DNA of 64,000 nucleotides, from the NCBI GenBank assembly GCA_039621445.1, contig CP154954.1, positions 22,394,954 through 22,458,953 of the forward strand. The letters run 5' to 3'. The stretch's first letter is position 1; every line of letters starts with the position of its first letter. A model generated the notes under the pieces. The model was not told the DNA's origin. It saw nothing but the letters and a program-made list of their open reading frames with translations, and searched no databases. Positions 34,083 through 46,200 of this stretch are shown in pieces. The position numbers and the translations under genes were made by a program. Source of the stretch: Euglena gracilis. Taxonomy: Eukaryota.

Positions 34083-36910
34083 TGGTAGCAGGTTAGCCTT
34101 CAACAAGACTACAGAGACATCAGAAGCCCATTCTCCTTGGAAGTTGGCAGAAGTGAGATCCCGACTCCCAGATCTGAAGGTATCAGTGGATAGAGGATCG
34201 GATCCTGCAGCTGTGACCGCCGCGGCAAGCTGCGAGCATCGCTGCGTACAGAAGTGAAACTCAGGAGCACGGCCGTGGAGTCAAGAATTGCCTGTGTTCA
34301 GCGATCTACGTGTAGGCCATCTGGTGCACTATCTCTACCACTTCTACAGCTGTGAACGTCTGGTGCCGGCTGGTACAGTGTTTTACTTCCAAGAGGCTAT
34401 CTGGCAAGCATCTGGCCGTGCTGCAGAACACCTGCGTTCAAGTACGACTTCTCGAAAGTGGTTCTGTGGCTATCTGCTCCTGGGACGACCGCCAGTTCAA
34501 CTCTCCGGTCCTATTCAAGTGCTGTAAGCCTTATCTGGCTGGTGGATACCGCTGGAAGGTTCGCCAAAGCTTAATCTTCAAGTACAACCACTTGGAGTGT
34601 GGAGAATTTGTTCAAGGGGTTTGCGGAGCCTCAAGCACCTCACATCCTACTTCCTCCAGTCTCTCAAGCCCAGACGACCATTTGGGAGACCTTCTACAGC
34701 CAGAAACACCAAGAACGTTACCAAGGAGGTGATAACCACACCAACGCCACCTTCACGATCGTGGGTACGTTTGCGGCATCATCGACATTGCTGTTCGTGG
34801 AGTTTCGACGTGGAGAGGATAGGACCTCTTCCTGACATCTCCCAGCACCACCATTTTGCAAGGCTCGAGGTTCCCTGTCCCATTCTCTTCCGTTTTGGGT
34901 TTTCCATCAATCTCCCAAACGGACCTCCATTTGGCATTACATTCTCGATCCGGTTTACATCATGATTGTGCGTTTTGGCCTTTGGAACCCCAAATATGAA
35001 GAGTAAGCCTCGAATTCGCCCAAAGACACCTGGAAAGTTGAGACAAACAAGAGGGAGACCGAAAATTTTGTCGAGGGAAAGCTCATTTTCAAGCGAAAGT
35101 TACATCATGGGGGAGGGTTCCCCATTTGCCCCCCGAGTTGACAAAGTGGTGACACAGTTTTCAAGTTTACAGGAACGTTCCAAGGCTTTTGTTTTGAAGT
35201 TGCCACCACAAGAACTTCCCAAATTCAATGGGAGTGATCTTTCAACTTTCATCAAACGATTTTCAAGGTGGACGAGATTGTCTGGTGCAAAATGTTTGCG
35301 AAACAACCAAAAATTGGGTTGGCTTTTACAGGCTCTCGAACCCAACGTTTTTTCCAAGTGTGGGGTCATTGGTTGACAAAGGGTTGCCTTTTGATGGAGA
35401 AACTATGGCCATGGTATGAAAGTGATTTGACGTTGCGTTTTAATGTCGAGAATGTCAACACCTTCCATACAACGCGAAGCCGAGTGAAGTTCAACGCCAT
35501 TTGAACGAGATGTAGTCCATTTTTTGCCAAAGTGTCACCCGAATAAATGGGTTTGTAAGAAAAGTTTTTGGTCTTCACGAGAAAGGTGTATCCGAAGTTT
35601 TGGAATGAAATCCGATCCGACCATTTCTTTAAAAGAAACAGCGAAACGTTTTCGAATTTGAAATAGATACTCATGGAAAAGTCGAAAGAGGATTGGATGG
35701 AAAAGCAAATTTCGGGAAACACGAGTCATTAGAAGGCAGAATTGCACGCTTTGGATACAACCGAACCCCCACAATAGGTTTCGAATGTTGAAAAGGGGAA
35801 AGGCAATGGATCCAAAGGCAAAGGCAAAGGGAAAGGCAAAGGAAAGGAGTAGGCACATGGAAAAGGTGGGAGGGGCCAACCCCCAGCCAAAGCACCCCCC
35901 AACGAAAGATTTAAAACGACTGTTTGGTGCAATTTTTTGCAAAAAGACAGGACATTGTGAAAGCGAATGTTTTGCAAAGTTCCCCGAGTTACGTCCAAAA
36001 AGAAAGATTTTTCGAAAACATATCCCCAAGAAGCTGTGAGTGATCCCCAAGCAATTCCAAAAAAAAGGCGGATGTGCTTCTTTTTCTCAACAACGCCTTT
36101 TGGAGGGATGCACTGGTGAATGGTCATCCAGTGAGAGCCATCATCGACACCGGAGCCACTACAAGCGTGATTTTGAGTTCATTTGTTTCGGAAAAGAATT
36201 TGCAAAGGGGAAACACAATTCTGATTCAAGTTGCGTCCCGGAAAACTCTCTTGTCTTTGGGATAGGCAAACATCACCTTGAATTTTGGAAACAAAGAAGT
36301 CAGTTTGGTTTTGGACACCCAAGCGTTTGAAGCGGTGTTGGGTTTGGATTTTATCGGAACGAATACATGTGGAGGAATTCTTACACACCCAAGACCATGT
36401 CGCCTCATTTTTCGACAAACGCGGTACCATTTGAACGAGGGAAACCAGAAAGCGGGTGTGTATCAAGTGCAAAGAACTTTCTAGAATGAATCGTACACAT
36501 TGGAAGGAAGCTTGAGGTGTGATGCATTCAAATTTTTGGGTGTGAAGCAAGATGATGTTATTTTGGACCTTTTTGCGAGCCGCTTTAATCACGCGGAAGA
36601 AAAGTACATGACGTGGCAAAACTACGCTTTTAAATACAACTGGGGAAGTTTGGTAGCTACCTTTGGGCAAATCCACCCTTTTCACAAATGGATCGGGTTG
36701 TGACAAAAGCGATCATGGAAAAGTGTCAAATGATCCTTGCCACGCCAAATTGGCCGAACACGTATTGGCCAAGGCTTTGAAAAAAGTCACAGTAAAAAGC
36801 AAAACGATTCCCCAAGGAACACCGTTGTACCTTGGAGATTGGGAAGAAACCCCTTCCATCACATCCATGGAAAACCAAATTTTTTTTGGTGGATGCCAAA
36901 GAAATTGAAG
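34083..36910 (+). mobile_element. Truncated LTR retroelement: PBS, gag, Zn knuckle, protease, Dam-like MTase
   Basis: CA-ag-TGGTAGCAG; LPKFNGSDLSTFIKRF; FCKKTGHCESEC; IIDTGA, LGLDF; LDLFAS...WANPPF (36664-36681)...TPNWP. Contains frameshifts. Confidence 0.8.
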
Positions 36911-36989
36911 TTGACACTTCGGAATTGGATCTCGCATTGGTTTCATGGGCGACAAGGAACTCCAAGGGATGGCTGGAGAGAAGATTGGA

Positions 36990-37940
36990 ACGGTGAAACG
37001 AACACCGCCAGCGAGCAAGGTATTGAACGGCGAAACGAACACCGCCAGCGAGCAAGGTATGGCCTGACAAGGTCTTTGTGATTCGCTGTGTGGTTCGTGA
37101 AGGTGTCCCTTCCTCCTTTGTGGTTTGTCCTCGAGGGAGTACAAGGTCCATAATTGTGAACATTGCAATCAATCCAACTACCAATAGAAGATGGACGTGG
37201 AGAAAACTCTCGTTTCCAAGCTCACCGAGGAAAGACCGCTGTTCGAACAATCGTGGACCGAGTTCATTTTCAACTTGGATCAACTAAGGATGCTACACGA
37301 CCTGGAGAAGACCGTCGTCATCGCCATCTTTCAGGCTGTATTGAAGTTTACTGGAACGGGTTGGTCGACAGGAAAAGCATCAAAGCGGCTGTTCCAGATC
37401 AGCGGAATGTAATTACTGAAGGCCGAATTTGCCCCTTGCAGAGACTCTTGGCTCATGGCCATCGCACTCCTGCACGAGATCGAGCTCCATCGAAGTGGCA
37501 CCCGAGGTAGCAAAGGACGCCTTCGCCATTGCGAAGGCCGTGGAAGCCGCCGACTCGGAGGAGTCACCTGAGGAGAACACCCAGGCGAAGGACGAAGAGC
37601 CAGAGAAGGCCAAGTTCACGTGGGACGAGGTGGAGGTCCAAGCACCTCGAGAACTTCTGGAGCTGTGGAGCAGGGCGGCAGGCGGCAATCACAGCATTCT
37701 GAGCAAAATATAAGCTATGTACGCAATGTACATGTGCTTGCGACACATCTTTCAGGACTTTGTCGCTGCGAGCTGGGATACCCTGCAGCCTGGGGTTGGC
37801 CTCGAGGAGAGAAACCCTCTGTTTATTCAGATCCTCAGACTTGGCACAAGTAAAACGAACCCGAGTGTGCTGGGTAGGGCCCCCTACATCGAGATAAAAC
37901 ACAAAGGCCAGAAACTCCACAAGTGAGAAAGAGTTGTGCC
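36990..37940. mobile_element. DIRS debris: right ITR/extension with a 39-bp duplication, gag and YR fragments
   Basis: aacaccgccagcgagcaagg x2, cctcgagggag end, LCLFRSSDLAQ fragment. Confidence 0.6.
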
Positions 37941-38077
37941 AATACCCCAATTTCCACAAAAAAGCTCCGGAAAAAGGGGGACAGGGTGGGCAGAGCAGGG
38001 AGACCCTCCGAAGGAGAAAGTGAACGCGTCACCGCCGTCACGTCGGAGGCACATTGTCAGCCAAATCCAGCGAGGCG

Positions 38078-38139
38078 GCATATATATACATATATATGTC
38101 TATACATACATGTAGGCGTCTATATGTATATATATATAG

Positions 38140-38178
<39 letters not shown>

Positions 38179-38291
38179 ATATATATATATATATACATAT
38201 ATATACATAAATATATATGTATATATATATATACATATATACATATATATGTATATATATATATGTGTGTGTGTGTATATATATATGTATA

Positions 38292-38327
<36 letters not shown>

Positions 38328-38338
38328 TGTATGTATAT
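38078..38338. repeat. (TA)n/(TATG)n microsatellite
   Basis: Directly visible. Abuts the broken RT of DIRS element C. Confidence 0.97.
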
Positions 38339-40666
38339 GGCAGGGAATCTGTAAAGGCCCTTAAAAAGAGCAGGGCCATTATTTTGCATCTGATCTGCCA
38401 CAAAATGGCACCCAGTTGCCTTTTTGACATGGCATGTTTTTTCACAATTCTGCCCAGGTCCCTTTTTATGGTCTTGACTTTTTTGGTTGGTACCTGCAAC
38501 TTTCCATCCTGTAAATTGAGTTGAAAACCAAAATGACTCACTATCTAGGGGGGCTGCAGGTTGGACGTTTTTATGTTTGTTTTTGAATCCTGATTTTATT
38601 GAACCCTGACCACAGAGTTGAGACGATTTTTAAGAATGTTTTTGGTTGTGACCACCAGTAAAATTTCGTCCAGGTAAATAAAAACCTGTATGTCCCTTTT
38701 TCTCCACAGTTTTTCGAATGTTTTTATCACACTCATGAAAATTTGTGGCGTTACGTTCAACTCAAAGCAGCCCGCCTGGAATTCCCAGGTCTTCCATCTC
38801 ACTTGATGCCTTAAAGATGGGCTTGATGCCTGGCTCACCGGGATGTAAGAAATAGGCATCATTTAAATCTATTTCTGCTGCCCAGTGGCCTTTTTCCAAA
38901 ACAGGGGAAAATGCCAGATGTGAAAATGTGCCGAATGCTTGAACTGTTTTACTTGAAAGTGCTGATTTATTTCTCTGCAGTCGCTGATTATTCTCCATTT
39001 GGTTGTTCCCCCTTCTGGTTTTGAAATTAAAAACCATGGGATGAAATGCTGGGTTTCTGAATCCCAAACTCGTTTCACTGACCCAGTTTTTTTCGTAATC
39101 CAGCAGAATTTTTTCTGCCTGGTTCAGGTCCAAGTTGGCTCTGGGTTTTGGGTAGGTGGAAAATTTTGTTGGATTTATCCAGGAGGGCTGAATTCCATCT
39201 TTGATCAATTGACATGTTGCTGGGGGTGGGGGGGCATGTTTTGACCACCATTTTAGACTTTTCCGAAGCCTCTGGTTCAGTGGGGTGTCTCCCTATTGTC
39301 CTCCATGGAATTTATATGTCCAATCAGGTGATTTTCTGGTTGCTTGGTGGGGGGTGTTGGACATTTCCTTGACATGACCTTGGTGCCCCTAGGGATTGAG
39401 CATTCTGCAAGGGTTGCTGGGGTGTGTGCATGCTCTTCTCACAGGCTCTCTGATCCTCCACTTTGGCGTTTGTGTTGTCGTCTGACATACCATAGGGACC
39501 CCTTTTTGGGTATCCCCCTTGTTTTGACTTGCCCCTTCCATGGGCATTAACGAAGAAGTGTGAGGGGCCGTTGCCCCCTTGTCCTCCAATGCCCCTGTGG
39601 GGGAATCCTTCTCGGGCTGCTTCAGTTGATTTATATAAAGTTTGCACCTTAGCTTCTGGGAGACCTTTTCTGGTCCACCCCTTTGCCCCCATGGCCTTGG
39701 TGATGCATTTGGCCACCTGGCCTGATAAATTCTGGCCGCCATGGCCTTGTGAAACTGGCCTCCATGGCCCTTCACTTGTTGGCCTCCATGGTCGTGCACC
39801 TGAAATTTACCAAAATTCTGGTCCATATGGCCTTGGTCTCCCCACCATGGGGCTGTTCTTTACCTTGGTCCCCAGCTCCACTGGAAATCTGGGGGGGCTG
39901 TTGTGCCCCCCCCCCCCTTCTTCCCCTTGGGAGGGGTTGTTGTGTTAGGAAAATTGGGGGGATTTGGCAGACCTTTTGTTCCCCTTCCTGTGGGGAGTTG
40001 CTTGTGGAATTGGCCTCCATGGCCACCACATTGTCCTTGATTCCATCCTCCACACATTTGCCTCTGGAATCCTTTGGGTTTCTTTTGTCCCATCTGGCTT
40101 GCCTTTTGGACCCCAATTCCCAGGTGTTTCTGCCCGTATTGGGCTACGGTTTTTCCCTTCCTCGTTCTGGCCTTTCTAACCACTGTGGTCCACAGTCCGT
40201 GGCCATCACTGGGTCGGTTTTTTTTCTGGGAAACTGTCAGTTTAAGGGATATGGGGGGAAGGCACGGCACGGTTCGCAACGTTTTGTCCACACCTCCAGT
40301 TTATCCAGCTGCTGCGGCGTCTGCTGTTCAAGGTAGTTCACGTCGACTCTTTGATGCCAATTTATTCTCCACAGCATTGTTCATTGAAGTCAGATTTGAG
40401 ATGTTATAGTTGGCTTTTGAGTTTATATTCGTCTGGTTCTTGTCCTTCTGGACTTTGAATTGATATTGACTTCTTTTCTTGGTTCTTCTTCGTCATTGAA
40501 CTCTGTTGCTTTCTTCTGGGTGTCGAAGGGTAAATTAAGAATCAGCCAACTCTGGCGACAAAAGGCGGCACTAAGCAGGGACTCATAACCCAACGCAATG
40601 AACAGTCACACAACACCGCCGGCGAGCAAGGCATGGCCTCGCAAGGGCAAAGTGCGGAGCCCGAGG
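38339..40666 (-). mobile_element. 3'-truncated DIRS element 'C' (left ITR, gag, RT), close relative of B
   Basis: ITR 40540-40666, WRIISDCR, IDLNDAY, FQAGCF, YLDE. Confidence 0.85.
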
Positions 40667-43252
40667 CGTATTGTTGGTACTTGTTGATCTTGCTTGCTTT
40701 GTTGTGCGACAGCTTGTGATAGATTTCCTTTGTTGCAGGGCTACGTCAGCCAACTGTTGGCACGAAAAGCAGTAAGTAGAAGACGCAAGGCAAGAAAAAA
40801 AAGACATCTCCGGCTCCGCACAAGACCCCAGTGCGGTCCTGCTCTTCTTTTCGGCTGTAGTTTTTGTGCTTTGGTGTTGGTTGTGGTGCTTCTTACTGCT
40901 TTTCTTTGCCGGAGTAGGCGGATGATTATCGTCCTTTTGGCACGGAGCTGCAAACAATTGTTCAAGCTGATCATGCAATTTACACACCTGCAAGACGAGA
41001 CCGACAAAGATGCCTTCGAAGCGGCGTGGAGCAGCCTTTTCTAACAACAATCGCTTATAACAGCCTTCTTACGAGATGCGGACGCTACCACCGTGGAGGC
41101 CACGATTGGGTCGGTCAGAAGCGAACTGGGGCCGGTTGGGATACAACCCGCTGTGCCCTTGCAGTACGAAAGCTCACTGGAGTGGCTGTGGTGGAGTCTA
41201 CACTGCAACCTTACTTAGCAGCATACCTTTACAGCTTGGCCCTTACGAAGAACGTCTCGATATCGTCACTGGAGCTGAGCGACAAGGTGTCGGACGTGGA
41301 CTTCAAGCTGTACGAGAAGTGGACAACGGCGACGACGACGACAAAGAAGGAGATGGATCGCGACGAGCAGGCAGCGCGCGCGGAAGAGGAAGCCCAGGAC
41401 TTCCCCTGGCAAACGGCCGAGGAGGCACTGCTGGGGGACCTGGAGAGGATATGGACACAGGTACAGTCTGGGGACTTACGTTTGGAAGTTCGAAGTTTAC
41501 TGGAACAAATACGAACCTGGAAGACCCTGAAGTCCAAGGCGGAAGAAAATAACCACCGTCAAGATGGTAAGAGTGGGTATGACCGCACTCTGCGTGCAGT
41601 ACAGCAGAAGCTCTTGAATATCTTACGTATCTTCGCAGCGCTGCACTGCACCTTGCAAGGAGCCCCTGAGGATGTATTGGGTTTGAGACAACAGCTATTT
41701 GCATATGTGGCGGCCTGTGAGGGGGACATTGCCAAGGAGAGGAAGAGGAGGAGCATCCCTCAAACCATACAACCAGGAAATGGCCTATTCACCCCTGACG
41801 ACATCAAAATTGTCCAAGCTCAAGCTGGCATCAACAAAGAGGGTTTCAGCCACCCCTTCATGGGTGAGTTCCCCACGTGGCATTTTCCAACCACCACAGG
41901 TGGAAAATGCTTGAAATTCAAGCAATTTCCGACAGCTTGGCAAGCGACACCATGGAGGTCTAACCCCAAAGGGAAAGGCAAGCCCAAAGGAGGAAAATGG
42001 TTCGCCCACCACCTTGCCAGGAAGCATTGCTCCTTCCTTTTAACATCAGAACTCCTAAAATTCAAAAAGGACATTGTATCCTCCAGAGTTGGGCATTGTG
42101 CCAGAAACTCAACCATCCTTGAGGGGCAGAAGCCAAGACATTTGCACGCTGTGGGAAGCTGCATGCTTGATATCTGTGGTGATCACCGAGGTGCTGCTGC
42201 TGACAGAGGAACACTTTTAGGGAGTGCCACTGTTTCAGAGACTTCAGACCCAGTCGTCATTGTGGCAAGAAGGTTGCCCCCCCCCAAGGGTGTTGCAACT
42301 CATCACACAGGGGTAAACCCCCCCTTGGGACACACCCCCCTCCCTCAGCACATTTTCTATACAAAAATCAGAGGTGGAAACTCAAAAGGCAAAGATTTTT
42401 TAAGACTATTTCCAGGCAGGAGCCATAAGACCAGTCCCCTGGGAGGGTACCCAACACATCATCCCTTGGTTTGTAATCTCTAAAAAGGCGCCTCATGGAT
42501 AAAAACATCGTTTAATAAGCGATTGTCGCCAACTAAACCAGCACTTCCCCCCGACCCTTTCAAACTGGACAACATCCAGGTCATCTTCAGGCACCTAAAG
42601 AAAGGACAGTGGGGAGCGAAAGTAGACTTAAAGGACGCCTATTTTCATTTAATGTTGAACCCAACCTTGAGACCCTACGTGATGATTACTCTGGAGGAAA
42701 GATGCTGATAATTCCAGGGAGCTTGTTTTGGTTTAAATGTGCTGCCAGAAAAATTCATGCGCCTCATGAAGTGCCTGGAATAAACGTTGGATGGCCAAAG
42801 ACCTTTTATGATTTGTGTACCTGGACAACATCCTCCTGCTGGGGGACAGCCAGAAGCAAGTCAGCAACCACCTGGCCATCATGCTGGCAGATTTACTGCA
42901 GGGGGGTTTCAAAATTAACAGCAAGAAATCGGTCTTTCAACCCAGACAAAATCTCCCACATTTGGGGTTCCACATCAACCTGGCAGAGGGAAAGTTACAG
43001 TTGGGGGCATAAAAACTAAAACTGGTCCGGAGGGAACTGGGAAAATTGGTCACACACCAGTCCCTCAGTTGCAGAAAGATGACCTCAATTTTGGGGTGCA
43101 TAAGAAGTTTCCTGGTGGGGGCTGCCCTTCCTCAGGGCATTTACAGACACTTTGGTAGGTTTTTTCCACCTACAACATGGGATCATGAAGTTCCAACCTC
43201 AGAGGAGGTGAAATCTCAACTGAGAGATGTACGAGAAATTCTGCAGACCTGG

Positions 43253-46200
43253 TGTCGGCTGCCGCTGGCGTCGGCAGCCAAAAATTTCCCAGAAAATTCC
43301 CAAAAACCCCCGGTAGGAACCACCAGAGCAAGTCAACCGCCACGCGAGTTGAATTGGAACCCCAGCAAATTTCAAGAAGAATTTGAGAATTCGATTTAAG
43401 AATCAGAAAAGAAGAAAAGTCAATTGAGAATTGAAGAATCAAAAGAATCAATTCAATTATTCCAAGAAATCAAGGCATTGCTTTCCAACTTGTCCCTACC
43501 CACCAACAGCAGGTGAACACAAGGTACCTGCCCATCCTCTCAGCAAGGTTTGTTTTGTGCTGCTGGTTTGCTCACCTAAGTAGGTGGGTTGGTTTGTCTT
43601 TGTTGCTTCAGCTTGCTTTCAGTTGCAAAGTTCAAGTTGGAAAATGGGGAAAAACCAACAATGGTGGCAAAAAAAGATCCTACGCGGGGCAACTGAGGAC
43701 CCCGGGTCGGGGGGGCACACCTCACCCCCTTTACCGCCTGTTGACATGTTCGAAAATGGGGCTCAATTTACCAAGGGCCCTGGCCTGAGCCCACCAGGGC
43801 CGGAAAAGGGAAGTGGCGGCCCCAGCGAAAACGGCAGCCCCCCCGAGCGACAAGGGTCCTTAACCCCCAACATGGTACGCAGAGGTGGCTTCACTGACTC
43901 TGTCAGTGAAGAATTTTCAGATTCCGTTGATGAAAAGGAAATCAAAGAATACTGTGACCAATTCAAATTGTTGGGAATTGAATTCAGTGACACCCAAACA
44001 GAGGAACAAAGAAAAAGGGATGCTGAATATCTGGCGTCTCAAAGGGAATTTTGGAGGCTCAGATGTGAAGCAGCCATTGGACATTCTCACGGCCCTGACT
44101 CATCTTGTCCATGTCGATATCGTAAAACGTCAGGGGTAAGCCCAACAAGTTCACTGCCAGGAGAACCTGAAGTTAAACCAGAAAGTTTTGACCCTTGTCC
44201 AAATGTTTTGCACAAAAGGGGTGTGGAGTGTGAAACTGAATCAGGACAGGTGAGTGTGAAATCAGACAGTGTGGAAACCTCAGAGGTCACAAAACCTGAA
44301 ACTTTTTATGACCCTTTGTGGTCAGTGGTGGCAAAAAGTTGAGGCAGGTATCACAGAATTGTTTTCAAACACTTTTTCTCTGAACGAGAGACTGACGAAA
44401 CTGGAGAAAGTGCCCAGCCAAAGTGAGTCCAGCCACTTGGAGGGACGGATGGCTGAAATTGAAATCTGTCTGAGAAATTTGGCAGATGGTTTTCATGACC
44501 TTTTGACACGAACTTGCAGTGAAATTGAAAATCGGTTTTCTGAAAGTATCCAGTCCCTGTGTGAGAAGGGCGAGGCTCTGTCAAAACGGCTGGAGAGTGA
44601 AGAAAAGATTCTGGAGGAACGGCTGAAAATGTTTGAACTACAAATCGCTGAAAAGTTGCAGCCCAGTGAAATGAAATTACCAAGTCCAGAAAATTTTGTG
44701 TCTGTGAATCTGAATTCTGGACATGTTACAAATTTGCAGCCGTCATCAGTGTCTTCTGAAAAATCTTCCTCGGATTTTGCCACGCAGCCAAGGAAATTCA
44801 GACAGACAAAAAAATTCTGGAGGCCTGCCAAACACAGTTGGAATGACTTTCAATTTTTGAGACCAAGTTGGTTTCAGGATTGGTGGGGTTGGGACTGGTA
44901 CACAAATCCCTGGAACAGCTGGGGGTGGTTTGCACCGTATCAGTGGTGGTAGTGATTTTTTCCAGCAGGTCTAACCACTGACTGGCACCGCACAACACTT
45001 TACAGTGATCAGTATGTTTTTGTGATTTGTTTGTGGCTTTGTGATTTTTGTTTCATGCTTCTCATGGTGATCTGGTGTTGGAGGCAGATGCGCAATCAGC
45101 CAGAATTTAAATCTGAATTTTCAGTTCACAGAGTTTGGCTTATGGAAAAACAGCCAAGTCAAACATTTTGAATCTGGTTTCTGGGGTACATGTTTTTTCC
45201 CCAGTTGCTTTCCACTCAAATGGAGACGCCCAGCCACGATGCTTGGGAATTTCTCCTAGTGTTCAGGCAGCCAGATCAATGGTTTTCAGTTTCAGAGTTT
45301 TCAGTTGTTTGTCCCGAATGTCATTTGGGGTGGGGCAAGGTGTTGGCATGTGTCACCATCCCAGACGGGGACAAATCAGTCATCTCAGGTGGGATATTCG
45401 TTTGTGTTTCTGCTGGTCCCTTTTGTCACGGGACAGTTTTTCCAGAGAGAAACTTCACCCCCGGACAGGGACATATTTTGGAGAATCGGCACAGTTTTTG
45501 GGATTTTTCAGTCCAGCTTCATAGTGGTTTTCGAGTGTGGCAGCCCAGCAGTCCTGTGGCAGGTTTTATCTGGGTTTTTGCCAAATCCTGAGGAAAGGGA
45601 GAAACCTCTGAGGGGACCACTCGAACCAAAAAGTTTTTTGGAAAGCGCGCAAAGAGGGGTTCCGAGGGTGGGGCTAGACCCAGGCCAGGAATAAACACCC
45701 CTGTGGCCACCCATCTAAGGGCTCAGGAAACAGTTTTCAATTTTCAGTCCAAGTGGGAACCAAGGTGGATTAACCCAGGAGGAAAAGACACCCTGAGGAA
45801 AGTTCATTTTTGGGCCTATCAGGGGCATCATCATCATTTGGTTCAGTTTTCAGTGAAAAAATCTGTTGATCTGTGGGTGGCACTTTCTGTAGCATTTTTC
45901 CGGCTGTGGGAGTTTGCTTAAGGGAGAAAATCACAGAAGTGGGGGACGCCTCACAATGCAAGACTCCTAAGGGCAATTTTTTCAGTTCGAGGCTTGCTTA
46001 CACAGTTTTCGTGTGACCCATTTGATGGATCAAGATCAGATTTTAAGTGCCGTTTTGGTTCAGAGTTCAGTGGTTTTTCAGTGTGGAAATTCAGAAATCT
46101 GCCTTGTGTGGTGCTAGTGGTGAATGTGTGTGTGTGTGTGTGTGTATTCCCTCGTCATGCAGGTTTTCGAAGCAGCGAAGCAGTAAAATTATCAAGGATT

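Noticed and set aside
38038-38541. Y/I/H-rich ORFs
   Set aside because: (TA)n microsatellite fused to an RT fragment.
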